This document shows, piece by piece, positions 21,756 to 31,458 of a stretch of 64,000 nt of DNA. Below the pieces are notes generated by a model. That model was not told the DNA's origin and did not search any database. It saw only the letters and a list, made by a program, of their open reading frames with translations. Each line of letters begins with the position of its first letter. The stretch's first letter is position 1. The DNA comes from an uncultured cyanobacterium (GTDB lineage Bacteria; Cyanobacteriota; Cyanobacteriia; Phormidesmidales; Phormidesmidaceae), in the NCBI GenBank assembly GCA_963793265.1, contig CAWBZI010000001.1, positions 1,440,001 to 1,504,000 on the forward strand, read 5' to 3'. The translations under genes were made by a program, and so were the position numbers.

Positions 21756-22637
21756 ATGACAATGAACCTGCTAGCTGTAGCCGATCAATCCATCACGCCC
21801 TCTATTACGCTGTGGCACGCGATTGTCATTGGCATTGTGCAAGGGCTAACTGAGTTTTTGCCAATTAGCAGTACGGCGCACGTAAAGGTAGTACCCGTGC
21901 TGTTGGGCTGGGGCGATCCGGGTGTGTCTTTTACGGCGGTAATTCAGTTGGGTAGCATCGCTGCTATCCTCTGGTACTTTTGGGAAGATCTTTCGTCGGT
22001 GACGATGAATACGATTCGGGCAGTGAAAAAGCGGGACTTTGGCTCGTCGGATTTTCGGCTGGGGTTCGGCATCATTTTGGGAACAGTTCCGGCGGTGATG
22101 ATTGGCTTGTTTGTGAAGCTATTTGTCCCTGGCTATGACAGCTCGATCGTGCGATCTACGGCGGCGATCGCGATCACTTCAATCGTGATGGCACTGCTTT
22201 TGGGCCTCGCTGAGTTCGTCGGTAGCCGTAAGCGCGACTTCTCTAAACTTGATCTCAATGATGGTATTGGCGTTGGGCTAGCACAGGCGCTGGCGATTAT
22301 TCCGGGCGTATCGCGCTCGGGTTCTACGCTAACGGCGGGACTATTTTTGGGGCTGAAGCGAGAGACAGCGGCTAGATTTTCCTTCTTGCTAGGCACGATT
22401 ACGATCACGCTGGCGGGCCTGGTGTCTTTGCCAGATATGTTCGTTGCCGATAGTGCGGTGGGAATCGTGCCGCTGATCGGCGGAATCTTAGCGGCGGTAG
22501 TGTCTTCTTATCTGGCGATTGCCTGGCTAATTGAGTTTCTTAAAAAGCACAGCACCTGGGTGTTTGTTTGGTACCGGCTGGCATTTGGCGCACTGCTGCT
22601 GGTCGCGATCGCACTCGGCAAGCTCGAAAATATATAG
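21756..22637 (+). CDS. uppP: Undecaprenyl-diphosphate phosphatase
   Basis: VQGLTEFLPISSTAH, IPGVSRSGST, ARFSFLL. Confidence 0.96.
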   Translation: MTMNLLAVADQSITPSITLWHAIVIGIVQGLTEFLPISSTAHVKVVPVLLGWGDPGVSFTAVIQLGSIAAILWYFWEDLSSVTMNTIRAVKKRDFGSSDFRLGFGIILGTVPAVMIGLFVKLFVPGYDSSIVRSTAAIAITSIVMALLLGLAEFVGSRKRDFSKLDLNDGIGVGLAQALAIIPGVSRSGSTLTAGLFLGLKRETAARFSFLLGTITITLAGLVSLPDMFVADSAVGIVPLIGGILAAVVSSYLAIAWLIEFLKKHSTWVFVWYRLAFGALLLVAIALGKLENI

Positions 22638-22717
22638 TAAAGCGTCTTTCCATCATCCTCTTCGATCAAAAGAACGCTAGGGTTAAAGGGCAATTGCCCG
22701 CGAATCGTTTTCGTGCC

Positions 22718-24091
22718 ATGACTACCGCTCTAAACCTGCATCCCACCAAAACCACTGCGATCGCACCTGCGCTAATCACCAGCGTGGTCGCTGGATCTAT
22801 TGCCGAAGAAATTGGGTTTGAAGCGGGCGATCGCCTCATATCTGTCAACGGCCAGCGGCCTCGCGATCTAATCGACTACCGCTTCTTGTGCTCCGATGAA
22901 GTACTAGACCTTGAAGTGCTCGATACCAAGGGCGTCACGCACACAGTTGAGATTGAGAAAGACTACGACGAAGAGCTGGGCCTGGAGTTTGAGACTGCCC
23001 TATTCGACGGCCTGATTCAGTGCGTCAACCGCTGTCCTTTTTGCTTTATCGATCAGCAGCCGCCCGGCAAACGTGAAACGCTCTATCTCAAAGATGACGA
23101 CTATCGCCTGAGCTTTCTATATGGTAGCTACCTCACGCTAACCAATATTCCACCGGCTGAGTGGGATCGAATTGCGCGGCTGCGGCTCTCTCCTTTGTAT
23201 GTGTCTGTTCATGCGACCGAAGGAGACGTGCGATCGCGCCTACTTAAAAACGATCGCGCTGCCAAAATTCTTGAACACATTACCTGGTTCCAAACCCACC
23301 GGCTCCAAATTCATGCGCAGGTTGTCGTCTGCCCTGGTATCAACGATGGCTCTCATTTGGAGCAAACGCTCAGAGACTTAGCCCGTTTCCATCAGGGCGA
23401 CGTGCCTGCTGTAGCCTCTGCCGCTGTCGTACCGGTTGGCCTTACCCGCTTTCGCCCCGATGAAGACGAGCTGGTACCTGTAACCACGGCTAAAGCGCAA
23501 GAGGTAATCGCTCAAGTGCAGGCGCTTCAGGCTGAGTTTCAAGCTGAGCTAGGGACGCCTTTTGCCTGGCTCGCTGACGAATGGTTTTTGATTGGGCGTC
23601 AGCCGCTACCGCCTGAGAGTCATTACGGCTCCTATCCACAAATTGGGAATGGAGTAGGATCGATTCGGCTGTTTTTAAAGGAGTTTGAGGCGATCGCCAA
23701 AACCCTGCCAACCGAAGTTTCTGGGCCTCGTGCCTTTACCTGGGTAGTCGGTAACGCGGTAGAACACGCCTTTGCACCTCTAGTCACGCGGCTCAATCAA
23801 GTTCATAACCTCACCGTGACGATGGCTCCTATCAACAGTGACTATTGGGGCCAAAAGATCACAGTAACCGGGCTGCTCACGGGTCAAGACATCGCCACAC
23901 AGCTTGCCGGGAAAGAGTTAGGTGAGGCCGTACTGCTACCTGCCTTGATGCTCAAGCAAAGCGACAGCAAGCGCCCGGATAAAACCTACTTTTTGGACGA
24001 CATGTCGCTGGCGCAGCTTGAAAGTGAACTAAACTGTTCAGTATTATCTATAGCAGGATTGCCCGAGCTAATAGCAGCTTGCTGTAATTAG
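22718..24091 (+). CDS. PDZ + radical SAM-like (DUF512, TIGR03279-type) protein
   Basis: PDZ-like N-terminus, CVNRCPFCFIDQ, KDDDYRLSFLYGSYLTLTN. Confidence 0.9.
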   Translation: MTTALNLHPTKTTAIAPALITSVVAGSIAEEIGFEAGDRLISVNGQRPRDLIDYRFLCSDEVLDLEVLDTKGVTHTVEIEKDYDEELGLEFETALFDGLIQCVNRCPFCFIDQQPPGKRETLYLKDDDYRLSFLYGSYLTLTNIPPAEWDRIARLRLSPLYVSVHATEGDVRSRLLKNDRAAKILEHITWFQTHRLQIHAQVVVCPGINDGSHLEQTLRDLARFHQGDVPAVASAAVVPVGLTRFRPDEDELVPVTTAKAQEVIAQVQALQAEFQAELGTPFAWLADEWFLIGRQPLPPESHYGSYPQIGNGVGSIRLFLKEFEAIAKTLPTEVSGPRAFTWVVGNAVEHAFAPLVTRLNQVHNLTVTMAPINSDYWGQKITVTGLLTGQDIATQLAGKELGEAVLLPALMLKQSDSKRPDKTYFLDDMSLAQLESELNCSVLSIAGLPELIAACCN

Positions 24092-24427
24092 GCGTCAAAA
24101 GTATCCGCCGTGGTGCCATCTGTCGTATGGTCATAGGGTGAACTTGTCGGGGCGAACCTGTCTATAAGTGACTTGTCTCTATGCTGTTTAGTGCTCTCGG
24201 CGTGCGATGTGGAAACCTAGCTGAGTTGCTTAAGTCTTTCAGCTCTGGGGGCTATTTGTATAAACTCGTTCATTCGTACCCTGATGGTTCATTAATTCGG
24301 TTGTAGGCTGATCTATAGCCCCGAACGACGGGCACGGTTGAAAATTTTGAGCGATATGCCCGAATCTGAGCGCTATTGAGTTTTGTTGAAGTCACTAAGT
24401 CCAAAGTCTATTGAAGCCATCAGCACT

Positions 24428-26341
24428 ATGCGATATTTCAAACCTGCTGCTTTCCTGCTGCTAATTATGAGCAGCGCGGTATCTTTGCTGCCAAAAGAGG
24501 CGATCGCTGCCGACGATGCAGAGGCTACAAGCTCCGCAAGTAGTGTGTCTCAACAATCGCCTGCCGATTTCTCTACACTGCTCTATGGTGTGCTCAACGG
24601 TGTGCTCAACGGTGGTGTGCTCAACGGTGCTCCCAATGGTGCTCAAGGTGAGCCTAACAACGCCTTATCCATCCAAACACCGCCAGCAGCAGCCCCTTCA
24701 TTCTCAGATGCTGCGCCTGGTAGCACAGCGTCAGCAGATGAACAGCAAATGGCGTCCAAATCGATGGACTTAGAAGACTTCAGGCGAATGATTGAAACGC
24801 CACGTTCCGAGCCAGATTCAGCCGTTACGCAAGTCCCTGTCCAAACACCTACGCAGGCCCCTGAGAGCCCACCGCCTCAAGATCTTCCCTCTCTAGAGAC
24901 GCCTGATCTAGACGAACCGGAATTAGAAGAACCTACCGATTCTGAGATACCTGTTGATGTTTCGCCTGTAGAGCCCGTGGGGGCTCCGCCTGCCGATACA
25001 CAGGAAGATTCCGATTTGCCAACCCCTACGGCTGATCTTAACGAAGTCCCAGATATTCTATTTACCGATCCTAATCCGCTTAACGTGCCGGTTTTTGAGT
25101 CAGAAGTTGATGTAGACCTCAATCCGGTAGTGACTTTAGAAGAGGCCGTCGAGCTAGCCTACAGAAACAATCAGACCCTACAGGCATCCTTACTATCGTT
25201 AGAACAGGCCGAAGCTGCTGTTCGTGAAGCCAGAGCCGCGTTAGTGCCTATTATCTCTACAAGCGCTCAGCTAGACGATACGCAAAGCGGCAGTGCTGGG
25301 AGTACTACGCTTCAAGGATCAGTTCGAGTTGATTACAATCTCATCACTGGCGGCTCTCGGTCGGCCTCTATTCGAGCCGCAGAGCTTCAGCAGCAAGTGA
25401 GTGCTTTGACAGTTGAGGTGCAGCAGGAACAAATTCGTCTGACGACCGCTACTGCTTACTACGCACTTCAAGAAGCGGGCGAACAGATTCGGATTAACCA
25501 GTCATTCGTGAATGAGGCAGAGCGCAACCTACGAGATTCAGAGCTGCGTCAGGAAGTCGGTGTTGGCACCCGGTTCGATGTTCTTAGAGCTGACGTACAG
25601 CTTGCTAATGCGCTCCAATCGCTCACACAGTCGCGATTTGATCAAGATATTGCTCGCAGGGATATTGCCAGGCTGCTAAATTTGCCCCCAACGGCTGGAT
25701 TAACAGCGACACCCGTTGCCAAAGCTGAAATATGGCCTCTGGATCTTGAACAAAGCATACTGCTTGCCTTTCAAAATCGCGCAGAGCTAGAGCAGCAGTT
25801 ACTACAGGCAGGCATCAACGAAGAGCAGCGGAAAATTGCGCTAGCTACAATTCGTCCACAGGTCGGTTTGTTCGCCAGCTATGGCTTGCAAACTACCTTA
25901 GCCAGCGACAATTCACTTGTAGATACGGGCGAATTAGACGATAGCACGGCCTTCGGTGCTACCTTCAGCTGGCGACTCTTTGACGGCGGTGCTACTCGCT
26001 CAGCGGCGAGACAGCAAGAAATTCAGAGCGAAATCTCTGAAGAGCAGTTCAGCGAAAGTCTCGATCAAGTTCGGTTTGATGTAGAGCAGTCGTTCTTTAA
26101 CCTGCAAGCTAACGAAGAGAATATTTCTACGTCTCAGGTCGCTGTGAGTCAGGCTGAAGAAGCGCTGTCGCTGGCTAATTTGCGTTTACAGGCTGGCGTT
26201 GGCACCCAGCTAGACGTGCTGACAGCTCAAAGCGAACTGACCCAGGCCCAAGTCAACAACGTCACCGCTATATTGGGCTATAACCGAGCGTTAGCGGCCC
26301 TACAGCGAGCCGTTAGCAATACGATTAGAGACATTTTGTAG
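24428..26341 (+). CDS. TolC family outer-membrane efflux protein with long disordered N-terminus
   Basis: TLEEAVELAYRNN, GVGTRFDVLRA, GVGTQLDVLTAQ; signal peptide; start uncertain (24383 or 24428). Confidence 0.92.
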   Translation: MRYFKPAAFLLLIMSSAVSLLPKEAIAADDAEATSSASSVSQQSPADFSTLLYGVLNGVLNGGVLNGAPNGAQGEPNNALSIQTPPAAAPSFSDAAPGSTASADEQQMASKSMDLEDFRRMIETPRSEPDSAVTQVPVQTPTQAPESPPPQDLPSLETPDLDEPELEEPTDSEIPVDVSPVEPVGAPPADTQEDSDLPTPTADLNEVPDILFTDPNPLNVPVFESEVDVDLNPVVTLEEAVELAYRNNQTLQASLLSLEQAEAAVREARAALVPIISTSAQLDDTQSGSAGSTTLQGSVRVDYNLITGGSRSASIRAAELQQQVSALTVEVQQEQIRLTTATAYYALQEAGEQIRINQSFVNEAERNLRDSELRQEVGVGTRFDVLRADVQLANALQSLTQSRFDQDIARRDIARLLNLPPTAGLTATPVAKAEIWPLDLEQSILLAFQNRAELEQQLLQAGINEEQRKIALATIRPQVGLFASYGLQTTLASDNSLVDTGELDDSTAFGATFSWRLFDGGATRSAARQQEIQSEISEEQFSESLDQVRFDVEQSFFNLQANEENISTSQVAVSQAEEALSLANLRLQAGVGTQLDVLTAQSELTQAQVNNVTAILGYNRALAALQRAVSNTIRDIL

Positions 26342-26360
26342 TTTTGGCCTCTGGCGAAAC

Positions 26361-26849
26361 TTAAGAGCTGACAGGTACAGCCGCTTGAGTGAGCGCGGGA
26401 TCTACGGCTGGTTGGTTGGCTGCGCTTATCGGTGCTTGCGTGTCAGTGTCCTGACTGTTGGTGTTCTTGATCATTCTTTGAGCGCTCGGATGCAGTGAGT
26501 CAAGGCTAGGTACAGACTGTTTTGAGTGGTGGCTGAGATTGCGGAAAGCATCTTCTTGACACAGGCGCTCAATCACCTGATCGGCAGTGAGCAGTCTTTT
26601 TAAGACGACTTGACCGATAGTGGGGTTAGCGGTATTGGATGTGTCGCGATCACTCGTTTTCGGCTTAACTTCTAGCATCAGAATGGCATCTTCGGCTTGG
26701 AAGAGCCAGAGCGTTTCACCGTTTTCTTGGATACATAGAGACTGCTTTTGTAAGTGAGGCTGGCGGCGGTGGGCCTGCATATTCCACTCTCCCCCAAACT
26801 CCCAAACTCTACCGGTTGTCCAGCTATCAGATAAGAAAAAATATTTCAC
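26361..26849 (-). CDS. Conserved cyanobacterial hypothetical protein
   Basis: MKYFFLSDSWTTGRVWEFGG...IGQVVLKRLL; GTG start. Confidence 0.7.
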   Translation of the reverse strand: MKYFFLSDSWTTGRVWEFGGEWNMQAHRRQPHLQKQSLCIQENGETLWLFQAEDAILMLEVKPKTSDRDTSNTANPTIGQVVLKRLLTADQVIERLCQEDAFRNLSHHSKQSVPSLDSLHPSAQRMIKNTNSQDTDTQAPISAANQPAVDPALTQAAVPVSS

Positions 26850-27030
26850 GAGGCTACCGTCATCTATTAGGGCTATTTTTCGCTGCTTGCTTGAGTCGGC
26901 TTATTATCACCTGAAAAACTAACGAGGGGCTGTTAATCCCAGACAGTTTTTACATTCGAGCCAAACCACAAATTCTCCCGGATGCGCTATCGGTGCCAAG
27001 AAGTAATAAGTGGTAGATGCACCCTGATAG

Positions 27031-27076
27031 AACGCTTGGATTCAGATTTTCTGACGAATCCCAGGCGTTTTTTTTT
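27031..27076 (+). terminator. Orphan intrinsic terminator upstream of ddl
   Basis: AACGCTTGGATTC...GAATCCCAGGCGTT followed by a long T-run, with no + strand gene upstream. Confidence 0.7.
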
Positions 27077-27192
27077 GCCTAGTTTTTTATCTAGAATTTG
27101 AGCAGACTTTAAGCAAGTTTATTTACGTATGCTTTAGGGGCCATGATACGCTACCTCAAAGCATTGAAAGCACTTATTTAAGGACTTGGCCG

Positions 27193-28263
27193 ATGGCGAT
27201 GCGTGTGGGTTTGGTGTTTGGGGGTAGATCGGGAGAGCATGAGGTTTCGATCCGGTCGGCAGGTGCGATCGCCCAGGCCCTTTCCCAAGGCGACAATCAA
27301 ACCAAATATGAAGTCATCCCAGTCTATATTCGCAAAGACGGCCAGTGGCTAAATGGAGAGCTTGCTCAGCAGGCGATCGCATCGGGTCAACCCTTATCAG
27401 ACGACGACAGCAGCGCCGCGCCTTCCCTAGTTGATCGGCTTCCGAACTTAGCCGAACTCAGCAATATTGACATTTGGTTTCCGGTTCTACACGGGCCTAA
27501 TGGCGAAGATGGCACCATTCAAGGGCTCTTTGAAGTACTACAGGTGCCCTATGTAGGCTGCGGCGTTTTAGGATCATCGCTGGGCATGGATAAGCTCGCG
27601 ATGAAGAGTGCCTTTGCGCAGGTGGGCCTGCCACAGGTGAAATACAGAGGCGTCTCGCGCGCTGAGATCTACTCTAATCCCTGTATCTTTCCAAAGCTCT
27701 GCGACGACATCGAAGCCGACTTGGGCTATCCGTGCTTTGTGAAGCCTGCGAACTTAGGATCTTCAGTCGGCATTGCTAAGGCCAGCAATCGCCAAGAGCT
27801 AGAAGCCGCCTTAGACAGTGCCGCCAGCTACGACCGCCGGGTGATTGTAGAAGCAGGCGTGGTGGCTCGCGAGGTGGAGTGCTCTATTTTAGGCAATGAC
27901 AATCCCAAGGCTTCGGTGCTAGGTGAAACGAAATTCAGCACTGATTTTTATGATTATGAGACGAAGTATACCGATGGCGGGGCGGAGCTGCTGATTCCTT
28001 CGCCTGTGCCGGATGGGGTACGCGATCGCATTCAAGAAATGTCCATTCAAGCCTTCCAGGCCATTGACGGCGCAGGCATCTCCCGCGTTGACTTTTTCTA
28101 TATAGAAGAAACTGGCGAAATCCTAATCAACGAAATCAACACCCTACCCGGCTTCACCGCCACCAGCATGTACCCCATGATGTGGCAAGCCTCTGGGGTC
28201 GATTTTCCACAGCTCGTAGATAAGCTGATTCAGCTAGGATTAGAGAGAACATCGCAAAAATAG
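27193..28263 (+). CDS. ddl: D-alanine--D-alanine ligase
   Basis: [40 protein letters not shown]. Confidence 0.97.
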   Translation: MAMRVGLVFGGRSGEHEVSIRSAGAIAQALSQGDNQTKYEVIPVYIRKDGQWLNGELAQQAIASGQPLSDDDSSAAPSLVDRLPNLAELSNIDIWFPVLHGPNGEDGTIQGLFEVLQVPYVGCGVLGSSLGMDKLAMKSAFAQVGLPQVKYRGVSRAEIYSNPCIFPKLCDDIEADLGYPCFVKPANLGSSVGIAKASNRQELEAALDSAASYDRRVIVEAGVVAREVECSILGNDNPKASVLGETKFSTDFYDYETKYTDGGAELLIPSPVPDGVRDRIQEMSIQAFQAIDGAGISRVDFFYIEETGEILINEINTLPGFTATSMYPMMWQASGVDFPQLVDKLIQLGLERTSQK

Positions 28264-28282
28264 TTCATTTGGCAACCTCCTC

Positions 28283-28726
28283 ATGCTGAAGCTCAAAGCG
28301 CTATACGATACCGACTTTAACGTTTGGGTAGAGTCTCAGATTGAGGCACTAAAAGCACAGCGACTAGAAGACTTAGATCTGCCAAATTTGATAGAGGAAA
28401 TAGAAGGCTTGGCTAAGCACGATAAAAGGGCACTTCGCTCTCATTTAAAAGTGCTGCTCATGCACCTTCTAAAGTGGCAGTTTCAGTCAGACAAACGCTC
28501 TAATAGCTGGCGAGCTACTATCTCAAACGCCAGAATCGAAATTGAAGACATTCTCTCTGATAGCCCCAGCCTGAAGAATTATCTACCAACTGTGCTAGAT
28601 AAAACCTACAGCAACGCTAGAAACTTAGCGGCAATAGAAACTGGCTCAGCCATTCAAGCGTTTCCTGAAAACTGTCCTTGCCCGCTATCTGAAGCGCTAA
28701 CCCTCGCATTTTTTCCAGAAAGCTAA
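28283..28726 (+). CDS. DUF29 family protein
   Basis: LYDTDFNVW, LDLPNLIEEIE, HLLKWQFQ, SPSLKNYL. Confidence 0.9.
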   Translation: MLKLKALYDTDFNVWVESQIEALKAQRLEDLDLPNLIEEIEGLAKHDKRALRSHLKVLLMHLLKWQFQSDKRSNSWRATISNARIEIEDILSDSPSLKNYLPTVLDKTYSNARNLAAIETGSAIQAFPENCPCPLSEALTLAFFPES

Positions 28727-28762
28727 GTCGTAGAAAGCTAAGTGTTGTTTTGGCTGCTTGCG

Positions 28763-30523
28763 CTAGCCGACTGCATAGCCTTCCGCTTCGGCCTTTTGCT
28801 TGTTCTCATCGGCAAACTCTGCCGATTCATCGTCATCATCATCAAAGTCTTCCTGACTGAGTACCATCGATCGCGTGAGCCAGTGCTCGTCCAGCTTGCA
28901 AATCAGGCGAGCATTGTTATACGCCTGTCGCATGGTCAAAACGGTATGACCGATGTACTTACCCGAAGGCTCGCGCCTGACAACTAGCGCTAAATCGGCA
29001 GTGTTTTCGTTTGCGAGGCACAAAGGCAACAGCAAATCGATACTGTTAATTTTGGGATAGTAGGTTGGAACAGCCGTCGTGTAATTAATCTGGGTTCTGC
29101 GCAGGGTGCGCTCTAAAGCGCCTTCTAATCTGCGAACCAACGTTCGATAGCCAGCAGGATCGGCATCTAAAGCTTCAACAAACGAGCGCTTGTAGTCAAA
29201 AAACTCCGGTGTCGTCAGTCCTTGCGTACTGCGAGGGACGAATCCTTCTGGTGCATACTGCTCTAAAAAAGCTAGGGGCAGCCGCGCCATATTATCTTTT
29301 ACAATGTGCTGCCAGTCTACCTGGGGGACACCTGCGGCTAGGTGGTAAAAGGCTTGATTAGCATCAGAAAGGTAGTTAGCTGCAACAGGAAGCTGAGAAA
29401 ATTGGGCAACAAGTTTTTTTCCGGCATAGCCTTCACCAGCGATGCAAAAGTCTAGGCTCCAAGGCGTTTGGCTGCTGCTTGTCTGTGTGAATAGAGCGTA
29501 GATGGGCCGCAGTAAGGTGTCGAGCAGGCCAGTATTAAAGGCACGGTACTTGTAGCTGGTGCTAGCAATCACTTTGCTTTCGTGTTGCAGGCGGATGAAG
29601 GTGTAGCGCAGATAGCTTTTGAGAATGGGGTGGGCGAAGTCTTCGGGCGGTTGCGGGCCAAAGTACCAGTTTTCGGGGAGAGCGATCGCAGCTAGTTCAC
29701 TCACCTTTCGGTTAAGCACCTCAGCCGAAAACCCTGCAAACCGAGAAAGCGGCTCAACCGTCCGGCTCATAGGCTGTGGCCGACTAATCGGCTGAGAAAC
29801 CGCAACTCTACCGTTCGTTCTACCGCTGGCACTAGCGACACGAGGCTTTTTGACAGGTGAGGATAAAGCGGATGCTCTAGAAGATTTCTTAGGCTTCTTA
29901 ACACCGCGCGAAGCTGACAGGCGTACATAGCCAGGACTATCTTCCTTAAACTCAATCAGATCACCTCTGCTACTAATAAAAGCTTCAAAGTCATTAAATC
30001 CATATCGCTGCGCCGAAAAATCAGGATCTTTAGCAACGACTTCTTCCCTCAAGCTGTCTAAATGCACCCAGCCATCGGCACTTTCATAAGACTTCAGCGC
30101 ATCGCTCAGCAACCGCTTGGTATCCGTTACAGGCCGCACATAATACACAGGTGCTGAGTTGGGATTGTCCGGGTCGGGCTCCACTCTTTCCATTTCCACC
30201 AAATCGGGCACCGCTTGGAGCAAATCAATCAGCTTCGTGAAATTATATTTTTCGTAGGAAAATGCGGCGTCCTGTTTTCTCAAAAGCGCACCTACCTGAG
30301 CGGCGTGTGTGCGATTCTGCCGCGATAGCTGATAGGTTGCCTGATAAATCAGCCGTCTGAGCGGCGCTGATGCTGGCGATATCTCAATGGTGCTAGTGCG
30401 GAGCGGCCTTTCTCGCGAAGACTCATTGCCAAGCCTGGCTGACTCTGTAGGCCGAGCGGCTGTGTGCTGGCTATGAAATAGGCGCTGAAGGAATCTAGAA
30501 ATAGATTGAAATAGGGATCTCAT
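28763..30523 (-). CDS. OST-HTH/LOTUS repeat + DUF3825 domain protein
   Basis: Two LOTUS-like units (AFSYEKYNFTKLIDLL; DGWVHL...DPDFSAQRYGFNDF) and C-terminal ILKSYLRYTFIRL, FNTGLLD, AVPTYY, LLLPLCL, AYNNARLI. Confidence 0.78.
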   Translation of the reverse strand: MRSLFQSISRFLQRLFHSQHTAARPTESARLGNESSRERPLRTSTIEISPASAPLRRLIYQATYQLSRQNRTHAAQVGALLRKQDAAFSYEKYNFTKLIDLLQAVPDLVEMERVEPDPDNPNSAPVYYVRPVTDTKRLLSDALKSYESADGWVHLDSLREEVVAKDPDFSAQRYGFNDFEAFISSRGDLIEFKEDSPGYVRLSASRGVKKPKKSSRASALSSPVKKPRVASASGRTNGRVAVSQPISRPQPMSRTVEPLSRFAGFSAEVLNRKVSELAAIALPENWYFGPQPPEDFAHPILKSYLRYTFIRLQHESKVIASTSYKYRAFNTGLLDTLLRPIYALFTQTSSSQTPWSLDFCIAGEGYAGKKLVAQFSQLPVAANYLSDANQAFYHLAAGVPQVDWQHIVKDNMARLPLAFLEQYAPEGFVPRSTQGLTTPEFFDYKRSFVEALDADPAGYRTLVRRLEGALERTLRRTQINYTTAVPTYYPKINSIDLLLPLCLANENTADLALVVRREPSGKYIGHTVLTMRQAYNNARLICKLDEHWLTRSMVLSQEDFDDDDDESAEFADENKQKAEAEGYAVG

Positions 30524-30807
30524 CGTGTAGAGCGGTGCGTGGATAACACGGGTGAGTATGAAGGGCGCTATCTAAAAAATGACGAATCCACCCTAGCGTA
30601 GCGAGTACGCGCTTAAATAACAGCGCTCGTGTCATAGATTCGGAAAAATTGCTGTCGGCTGACAATAGATGTTAAGGCCGTTTTTGCCTTTACTTTAGGC
30701 TATTGATTATGCGATCGCGCTTACGTCGTTCGTGAGCAGGTGGTAAATTGACGTAAATTTAGATTGGATGGCTTTGTGATGAGATGGCCTCATCTGCATA
30801 AAATGGA

Positions 30808-31092
30808 ATGAAAATCTACGAAATTATTTGGAAAGATGCTTTTGTTGAAAAATTAGCGGTCAAACATGGAGTATCGACACAAGAAGTAGAAACTGTCCTC
30901 TCTCAGAAGTTTCATCTTCGGAAAGCCCAAAGAGGTCGTAAAAAGGGAGAGGATCTATACGCAGCATACGGAAAGACCGATACAGGTAGATTTTTAATCA
31001 TTTTCTTTATATGTAAATATCAAACCTCTGCGCTGCCCATTTCAGCCAGAGACATGACATCCTCGGAGCGGCAATACTATGAGCGTCAATAA
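30808..31092 (+). CDS. BrnT family toxin
   Basis: KLAVKHGVSTQEVE, YGKTDTGRFL, PISARDM. Confidence 0.88.
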   Translation: MKIYEIIWKDAFVEKLAVKHGVSTQEVETVLSQKFHLRKAQRGRKKGEDLYAAYGKTDTGRFLIIFFICKYQTSALPISARDMTSSERQYYERQ

Positions 31093-31354
31093 GAATCCCG
31101 TCGATCCCTTACCAGAAGAATTTGACACCTACGAAGCAGTAGCGGCCTTTTGGGATACCCACGATACTACTGACTATTTAGATGCTTTTACGACAGTTGA
31201 GGTAGAAGACGTTGACATCCGAAACCGCCGGTTTGAGGTGGAAGTGAAGGCAGACTTGATGAAAGTTTTGGCTGAGAAAGCAGAGCAGCGGGGGGTTGCG
31301 GTTAGTCAGCTTGTTGATAGTTTGCTGCGAGAAAATATTTCGAGTGTCGCCTAG
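31079..31354 (+). CDS. BrnA/CopG-like antitoxin
   Basis: PEEFDTYEAVAAFWDTHDTTDY and C-terminal RHH-like AEQRGVAVSQLVDSLLRE; overlaps brnT. Confidence 0.85.
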   Translation: MSVNKNPVDPLPEEFDTYEAVAAFWDTHDTTDYLDAFTTVEVEDVDIRNRRFEVEVKADLMKVLAEKAEQRGVAVSQLVDSLLRENISSVA

Positions 31355-31458
31355 CGACTGTGGCATAGGATTTTGCTGATCGCTTTCAAGCCTATTGTTC
31401 CGCTGCTCATGGGTAGTAAGTGGTAGGTTTACGTAGACTGAGTTTGGACAGCTTTGCA

